Virus record (IMG/VR): IMGVR_UViG_3300048033_001096
Location: 96,001-160,000 of that record
Direction: 5' to 3' (one strand)
Length of the DNA: 64,000 bases
DNA from: a virus
Positions 58,390 through 64,000 of the stretch are shown piece by piece (positions within the stretch are counted from its first letter, which is position 1; the number at the start of each line of letters is the position of its first letter). The notes beneath the pieces are model-generated. The model made no database searches and was not told where the DNA came from. It saw nothing but the letters and a program-made list of their open reading frames with translations. A program made the translations under genes and the position numbers.

Positions 58390-59139
58390 ATGGCAACACA
58401 AACACAAGAAATTTTTGACTATGTTAATGCAATGTTAGGCGGCGGCATGGTTGATGTTGAGCTAGATCCAATACATTATAATACTGCATTAGAGAAAGCA
58501 CTATCTAAATTTCGTCAACGTTCTGATAACAGTGTCGAAGAATCATATATATTTTTAGATACTGACAAAGATCAAAATGAATATACATTGCCAAACGAAG
58601 TAATTGAAGTTCGTAAAATTTTCCGTAGATCGATTGGATCACGCACAGGCGGCGGCGATGGCGGTACACTATTCGAACCGTTTAACCTTGCATACACAAA
58701 CACTTATTTACTATCAAGCAGTAACATGGGCGGCCTAGCAACATATGATATGTTTAGTCAATATCAAGAATTAGTAGGGCGCATGTTTGGATCGTTTATT
58801 GAATTTAAATGGAATTCAGCAACACATAAATTAACATTATTACAGCGTCCAAGAACTAACGAAACATTATTGATGATGTGTTATAATTATAGACCTGACG
58901 AACAATTATTAAGTGATTATCTAGCAAAGCAATGGATTAAAGACTACACACTTGCAACCTGCAAATATATGTTAGGTGAAGCACGTAGTAAGTTTGCTAC
59001 TATTGCAGGCCCACAAGGCGGATCAACACTTAACGGAAATGATTTAAAAAACGAAGCTATGGCAGAGATTGAAAAACTTGAAAAAGATGTTATCGAGCAA
59101 GTTTCGGGCGGTATTGGTTACGGATTTACTATCGGCTAA
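58390..59139 (+). CDS. Neck protein (T4 gp13-like)
   Basis: LGGGMVDVELD, WIKDYTLA..GEARSKF and GGSTLNG motifs. Confidence 0.85.
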   Translation: MATQTQEIFDYVNAMLGGGMVDVELDPIHYNTALEKALSKFRQRSDNSVEESYIFLDTDKDQNEYTLPNEVIEVRKIFRRSIGSRTGGGDGGTLFEPFNLAYTNTYLLSSSNMGGLATYDMFSQYQELVGRMFGSFIEFKWNSATHKLTLLQRPRTNETLLMMCYNYRPDEQLLSDYLAKQWIKDYTLATCKYMLGEARSKFATIAGPQGGSTLNGNDLKNEAMAEIEKLEKDVIEQVSGGIGYGFTIG

Positions 59140-59253
59140 CTTATTGAAATCATTAAAAAAAATAATCTAATAATTTCAATGACTTAAAAACACCTTGAGT
59201 TTACGCTAACATTTACATATGTTGTAAATACAATATAACAAGGAGGTCCCACC

Positions 59254-59484
59254 ATGTGCAGTCCATTTGTACGTAAAGAAGCCAACCGCTTTTACTGGAT
59301 AGTAAAAGGTTCATTAATCCCCCAATCATGGTCAGATAAAGATGTAGAAGGAATATACGATTCGTATATGAAACGCATCTGGGGCAACCACGAAAACTGT
59401 GTGCATGAAAGAGGATTTCCTGCTGCATGGGCAGAGCGAGAAGCAGAAGAAATAAACAAAGTTGCTGTTTTAGGTTACGATTAA
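59254..59484 (+). CDS. Small hypothetical protein
   Basis: 76 aa, strong SD AAGGAGG, upstream GTAAATA box. Confidence 0.7.
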   Translation: MCSPFVRKEANRFYWIVKGSLIPQSWSDKDVEGIYDSYMKRIWGNHENCVHERGFPAAWAEREAEEINKVAVLGYD

Positions 59485-59486
59485 GG

Positions 59487-59514
59487 TTGACAAGCTAAAC
59501 TAAGATGCTATAAT
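59487..59514 (+). promoter_or_regulatory. Sigma70-type promoter
   Basis: TTGACA-16 nt-TATAAT with extended TGn. Confidence 0.75.
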
Positions 59515-59538
59515 ATATATATTCTTAGAGGAGTTTGT

Positions 59539-60099
59539 ATGTTACCTAAATTGTTAGTTGTAGGACACGGCCGTCACGGCAAAGATACTGTATGCGAGAT
59601 GTTAGAAGCATACGGATATAAATTCCAATCTAGTTCTAAGTTTTGTTCTGAGCTGTTTATATTCGACGAGCTAAAAGACAAGTATGGTTATGCAGACGAA
59701 GAAGCATGTTATGCAGATCGACATAATCATCGTACACTATGGTACAACATGATTCACGATTATTGTAAAGATGACCTAGCACGCCTCGGACGTAACTTAT
59801 TTGCAGAACACAATATCTATTGCGGATTACGTAATAAACGTGAATACTTTGCTATGAAAAATGAGCAAATTTTTGATTATGCTATTTGGGTGGATCGTAC
59901 AGATCATTTGCCTAAAGAAGATCCTGACTCGATGAGCATCGAACAATGGATGTGTGATTATACTATTGACAACAATGGCGATTTAGTTCGTCTTGAAAAG
60001 AACGTAGCAATCCTTATGCGTACTATCTTTAGAAATCAGGGACTAAGTCTCCCTGCTTCCACTTCACCCCTGTTTTTTGAAGAATCCTTTGACAGTTAG
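59539..60099 (+). CDS. Deoxynucleoside monophosphate kinase-like P-loop protein
   Basis: GHGRHGKDT P-loop variant; DYTIDNNG C-terminal motif. Confidence 0.7.
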   Translation: MLPKLLVVGHGRHGKDTVCEMLEAYGYKFQSSSKFCSELFIFDELKDKYGYADEEACYADRHNHRTLWYNMIHDYCKDDLARLGRNLFAEHNIYCGLRNKREYFAMKNEQIFDYAIWVDRTDHLPKEDPDSMSIEQWMCDYTIDNNGDLVRLEKNVAILMRTIFRNQGLSLPASTSPLFFEESFDS

Positions 60100-60364
60100 C
60101 ACATATAGTTTTTAAATTACTAGGCCGACAATTAGTTAGATCACCGTCTATGTGAAATACATTAAACTGTTCGGAATAATTTGAGCGATACCCACATTTT
60201 TCGCATGTGGTTTTCTTTTCATATCCTGCTTGCTTCCATTTAGGAATACCATGTCCGACTCCATTACGTAAACACGTTTCGCAAAGTTTACGATAGTAAG
60301 TTTTTTTTCCTTTTTTATAATTTATAGCTGCTGGACGTTGTCCGCACTTGCATAATGGTCTCAT
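60029..60364 (-). CDS. Zn-finger/HNH-like protein
   Basis: CxC, CxxC, CxxC and HIDGDLTNCRPSNLKTICANC. Confidence 0.75.
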   Translation of the reverse strand: MRPLCKCGQRPAAINYKKGKKTYYRKLCETCLRNGVGHGIPKWKQAGYEKKTTCEKCGYRSNYSEQFNVFHIDGDLTNCRPSNLKTICANCQRILQKTGVKWKQGDLVPDF

Positions 60365-60478
60365 ATTGTATTTAGCTCACCTTTTCGGTCCCTTTTTTAC
60401 CGGTATTTGTGTAGAGTTTTTTCTTTTAATTGGTAAATACATGTAATAAACAATACACTATCCAATAGGAGAAATAGA

Positions 60479-63400
60479 ATGGCATTAGTATCACCAGGTG
60501 TACAAGTTAGCGTTATAGATGAGAGTTTTTATACTCCAGCTGAACCGGGAACTGTACCAGTAATTTTTGTTGCATCACAGGAGAACAAACTAAATGCTTC
60601 AGGCTCAGGAACAGCAATAGGAACACTAGCAGAAAATGTTGGTAAACCTTATTTACTGACATCTCAAAGAGATCTAGCTGAAACATTTGGCGACCCAGCA
60701 TTTCAAACAGATGCAAGCAACAATCCAATTCATGGATCAGAATTAAATGAGTATGGATTACAAGCAGCTTACTCGTTCTTAGGAGTAAGTAACAGAGCAT
60801 ACGTTGTAAGAGCAGGGGTTGATTTAGGACAGCTTGTTCCACGTTCGTCAACACCAACAGCATATCCAAATGAAGGGGCATATTGGTTAGATACAGCATC
60901 ATCTGTATTTGGTATTCAGCAATGGAATAACGCAGATGAGAGCGTTTCAGGTGGCCAAACATTTGTTGCAAAAACTCCTATTGTAATTGAAGATAAAACA
61001 CAAGTTGTTGATTATGATAACAGCGATTATACTCCACTAGGGTCAATTGGTGTAATAGGCGACTATGCAATGGTTTCAGTTACTACTTTAAACACTATTT
61101 GGTATAGATCAACATTAGGGTGGTTAGAACTAGGTTCTGAAGAATGGAAAGGATCAATTCCAACTATTACTAGCTCTAAGACAGGAACAGTATTTGGTGA
61201 CGATTCAACTGACGAAGGATCAGATGTATTTTTATTAAACGGTACTGTAGTCACTGTTGCAGTTGACGACGATATTGCAGCAATTGCTCAATCAATTAAC
61301 GATCTTGGTATATCAGGAGTTAGTGCAGCAGTAGCTAGCGGAGAACTTGTTGTTTACAATAATGGTTCGACAACAACAAGTCTTACATTTGCACCAGGAC
61401 CGAATAGTTCGACAAAGGTATTAGAATTTTTAGGAATTTCCGAAGGGCAATATTTAATTCCAGCAGTGCAAGTTAGCAAACATACTGAAATTCCTGATAC
61501 GTTTAAAACAGGCACAGGATACAACGGACGTCCAACAGGAAGTATTTGGTTAAAAACAACTACACCAAATGGCGGCGCACGTTGGAGAGTAAAGCGTTGG
61601 AACAACGAGTCAAAACTTTGGGATTCTGTTGAAGCACCGATTTATCCAACAGCGGAAGAAGCACTTGTATCATTAGACAGAACAGGCGGCGGAAAAAACC
61701 TACAATTAGGTGATTTGTTTATTCAAAGTAATGTTGCTGGAGATTCAAATCCATTAGGAACATTTAAAATCTTCCAAAGAGCAAAAGTAGGTACAACTGC
61801 TATTACAAGTTCTCCTGTTACTTCATCAAACTTTGTTGACGGCAATAACTATCAAATGGTTATTACATCAACAACTCCAGGTTCGGCTGTGTTTAGTAGT
61901 GATGTTTCTGGATTAATTAGTGTTGAAGGGAAATCTTTAGCAGCTGATACTGCAATCGCAATTGCTGCAAAAATTACAGACGCAAACATTCCGTATGTAA
62001 GTGCAACTGTAAATGACAACAATGCTGTTGTTATTACACACAGCGAAGGTGGCGAAATGAAACTAGTTACAGTCCCTGGAGAAGGTGACATGCTACTTGG
62101 TTTAGGAATTACACCTTATGTTATGATGTCGGGCGCAGGTACAAGATTTGTAAGTTACGAACCAGGTACTGGCGAAGGTACAAGTCCTTTACAATACAGA
62201 GCAAGTAATTGGGAAGTATTAAATTATACTGCATCAAACGACGAATTAACAAATACTGCTGATGCAGGAACATTATGGTATAACTCAATTGTTGACGAAG
62301 CTGATATTATGATCAATAACGGCAACATTTGGGTTGGCTATCATAATTTTGATAATTATAGTTCGTGTGACATAGCAGGACCTATTGTTAGTGCTACGAA
62401 ACCAACCAAGCAATCAAATGGCGACGACTTAGTAGCTGGTGATCTTTGGATTGATACTAGCGATTTAGAAAATTATCCAGTAATTTATAAGTACAGAGGT
62501 CCGTTACTTGATCGTTGGGATTTAGTTGATAATACTGACCAAACTTCAGAAAATGGTATTGTATTTGCAGATGCACGTTATGGTTCGTCTGGCGCAACAG
62601 GAAATACAGCAGCAACAATTAGTTCTCTACTTACAACTAACTTTGTAGACCCAGATTGTCCAGATCCAGCATTATATCCAAAAGGTACGTTACTGTTTAA
62701 CACACGTAGGAGCGGTTTTAATGTTAAACGTTTTGAAGTTAATTACATTGATAATACTGATGTTAACTTACGTTTTGGTGACGAAGATATGTCAACATAT
62801 GCTAGAGATCGTTGGGTTACTGAATCAGCTAATAACGAAGACGGTTCTGGAACATTTGGACGTAACGCACAACGTAAAGTTGTTATACAAAAATTACAAG
62901 CAGTAGTTAACAGCAATGATGATATTCGTAATGAAGATGCACGTAGATTTAATTTAATTGCATGTCCAGGATATCCAGAACTTATTGGTGAAATGGTTAT
63001 ACTTAATGCTGATAGAGGTCTAACAGCATTTGTATTAGGCGACTCGCCAGCAAGATTAACACCAGATGCTACATCACTAAATGAATGGGCAACTAACGTT
63101 CGCTCGGCAGTAGAAGATAATGACAACGGTCTTGTTACTAATGACGAATATTTAGGAGTATTTTATCCATGGGGCTTTACAAGTGATAACTTTGGTAACA
63201 ATGTAGTTATTCCACCAAGTCACATGATGCTACGCACTATTGCACTAAGCGATCAAGTTAGCTATCCGTGGTTTGCACCAGCAGGCACAAGACGCGGCGG
63301 AGTTAACAATGCAAGTTCGACAGGTTATATTAATAACGAAGGAGAATTTGTTGCAACATCGCTTAACGAAGGACAAAGAGATACATTGTATGCACAAGGT

Positions 63401-63799
63401 GTAAACCCAATTACGTTTATTACTGGTGCAGGTCTTGTTAACTTTGGACAAAAAACTCGTGCAAGAGGTGCAAGTTCGCTAGATAGAATTAACGTTGCAA
63501 GACTTGTTGTATACTTACGTTCGCAACTTAGTCAGCTTGCTAAGCCTTACATCTTTGAACCTAATGATAAAATCACTAGAGACGAGATGAAACAGCAAGT
63601 AGAAAGTTTACTACTAGAGCTTGTTGGACAAAGAGCACTATATGACTTCTTAGTTGTATGTGACGAAACGAACAATACTCCGTCAAGAATTGATCGCAAT
63701 GAGCTTTATGTTGACATTGCTATCGAACCAGTTAAGTCAATTGAATTTATTTACATTCCATTGAGACTTAAGAACACTGGCGAAATAGCAGGAACATAA
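60479..63799 (+). CDS. Tail sheath protein (T4 gp18-like)
   Basis: LVSPGVQVSVIDES, PWFAPAG.RRG, RINVARL, VVCDETNNTP..IDRNEL and PVKSIEFI; late box 60432-60439. Confidence 0.95.
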   Translation: MALVSPGVQVSVIDESFYTPAEPGTVPVIFVASQENKLNASGSGTAIGTLAENVGKPYLLTSQRDLAETFGDPAFQTDASNNPIHGSELNEYGLQAAYSFLGVSNRAYVVRAGVDLGQLVPRSSTPTAYPNEGAYWLDTASSVFGIQQWNNADESVSGGQTFVAKTPIVIEDKTQVVDYDNSDYTPLGSIGVIGDYAMVSVTTLNTIWYRSTLGWLELGSEEWKGSIPTITSSKTGTVFGDDSTDEGSDVFLLNGTVVTVAVDDDIAAIAQSINDLGISGVSAAVASGELVVYNNGSTTTSLTFAPGPNSSTKVLEFLGISEGQYLIPAVQVSKHTEIPDTFKTGTGYNGRPTGSIWLKTTTPNGGARWRVKRWNNESKLWDSVEAPIYPTAEEALVSLDRTGGGKNLQLGDLFIQSNVAGDSNPLGTFKIFQRAKVGTTAITSSPVTSSNFVDGNNYQMVITSTTPGSAVFSSDVSGLISVEGKSLAADTAIAIAAKITDANIPYVSATVNDNNAVVITHSEGGEMKLVTVPGEGDMLLGLGITPYVMMSGAGTRFVSYEPGTGEGTSPLQYRASNWEVLNYTASNDELTNTADAGTLWYNSIVDEADIMINNGNIWVGYHNFDNYSSCDIAGPIVSATKPTKQSNGDDLVAGDLWIDTSDLENYPVIYKYRGPLLDRWDLVDNTDQTSENGIVFADARYGSSGATGNTAATISSLLTTNFVDPDCPDPALYPKGTLLFNTRRSGFNVKRFEVNYIDNTDVNLRFGDEDMSTYARDRWVTESANNEDGSGTFGRNAQRKVVIQKLQAVVNSNDDIRNEDARRFNLIACPGYPELIGEMVILNADRGLTAFVLGDSPARLTPDATSLNEWATNVRSAVEDNDNGLVTNDEYLGVFYPWGFTSDNFGNNVVIPPSHMMLRTIALSDQVSYPWFAPAGTRRGGVNNASSTGYINNEGEFVATSLNEGQRDTLYAQGVNPITFITGAGLVNFGQKTRARGASSLDRINVARLVVYLRSQLSQLAKPYIFEPNDKITRDEMKQQVESLLLELVGQRALYDFLVVCDETNNTPSRIDRNELYVDIAIEPVKSIEFIYIPLRLKNTGEIAGT

Positions 63800-63833
63800 A
63801 ATGATAAATACTACTGAACTAGGAGCAAACTAA

Positions 63834-64000
63834 ATGGCAATTTCATCATTATCAAAAATTACAGTTCCATTAGCTAGCGGCGACTCAGCTGCTAGCCAGG
63901 GATTGTTGATGCCAAAGCTCCAGTACCGCTTTAGGGTGTCGCTGGAAAACTTTGGTGTGTCGACACCAACAACGGAACTAACGAAACAAGTTGTAGATGT
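63834..64000 (+). CDS. Tail tube protein (T4 gp19-like), truncated by the window end
   Basis: MAISSLSKITVPLASGDSAASQGLLMPKLQYRFRV.. directly after the sheath; late box 63803-63810 and SD AGGAG. Confidence 0.8.
   Translation, partial: MAISSLSKITVPLASGDSAASQGLLMPKLQYRFRVSLENFGVSTPTTELTKQVVD

Noticed and set aside
60029-60364. Mobile homing endonuclease or intron
   Set aside because: Short Zn-finger/HNH-like gene with its own late box that interrupts no gene; no intron structure seen
1-64000. Stop-codon reassignment
   Set aside because: Genes are full length in the standard code and TAA, TAG and TGA all serve as stops

Overview
A 64-kb, AT-rich segment of a large T4-like (myovirus) phage genome, covering the virion morphogenesis region. 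In order: baseplate-hub and tape-measure-like genes; portal (gp20), scaffold, prohead protease (gp21), core (gp22) and major capsid (gp23); about 35 kb of giant paralogous fibre/virion proteins; a tail fibre with an S74 chaperone, a Cys-rich adhesin-like protein and a fibre chaperone; a sugar-modification island (GT9-like glycosyltransferase, carbamoyltransferase, 2OG-Fe(II) oxygenase, GmhB, cupin, HldD, HldE, Nudix); neck and tail-completion genes (gp15/14/13), dNMP kinase, tail sheath (gp18) and the start of the tail tube (gp19). The code is standard, and I saw no tRNA, rRNA, CRISPR or IS. T4-late-like nATAAATA boxes precede most structural genes, and there are three sigma70-type promoters. 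Top leads: (1) a phage-encoded ADP-heptose/heptosyltransferase/carbamoyltransferase system beside the tail-fibre tip genes, with a cupin where GmhA is missing; (2) an ORF missed by the track that appears reachable only by a -1 frameshift at T TTT TTC from the gp26-like gene, like the lambda G/GT chaperones; (3) an independently transcribed, highly structured ~200-nt ncRNA right after the capsid gene; (4) structured 5' leaders, leaderless late mRNAs and paired promoters. All assignments come from recognised motifs and gene order, with no database searches; RNA folds were paired by hand.
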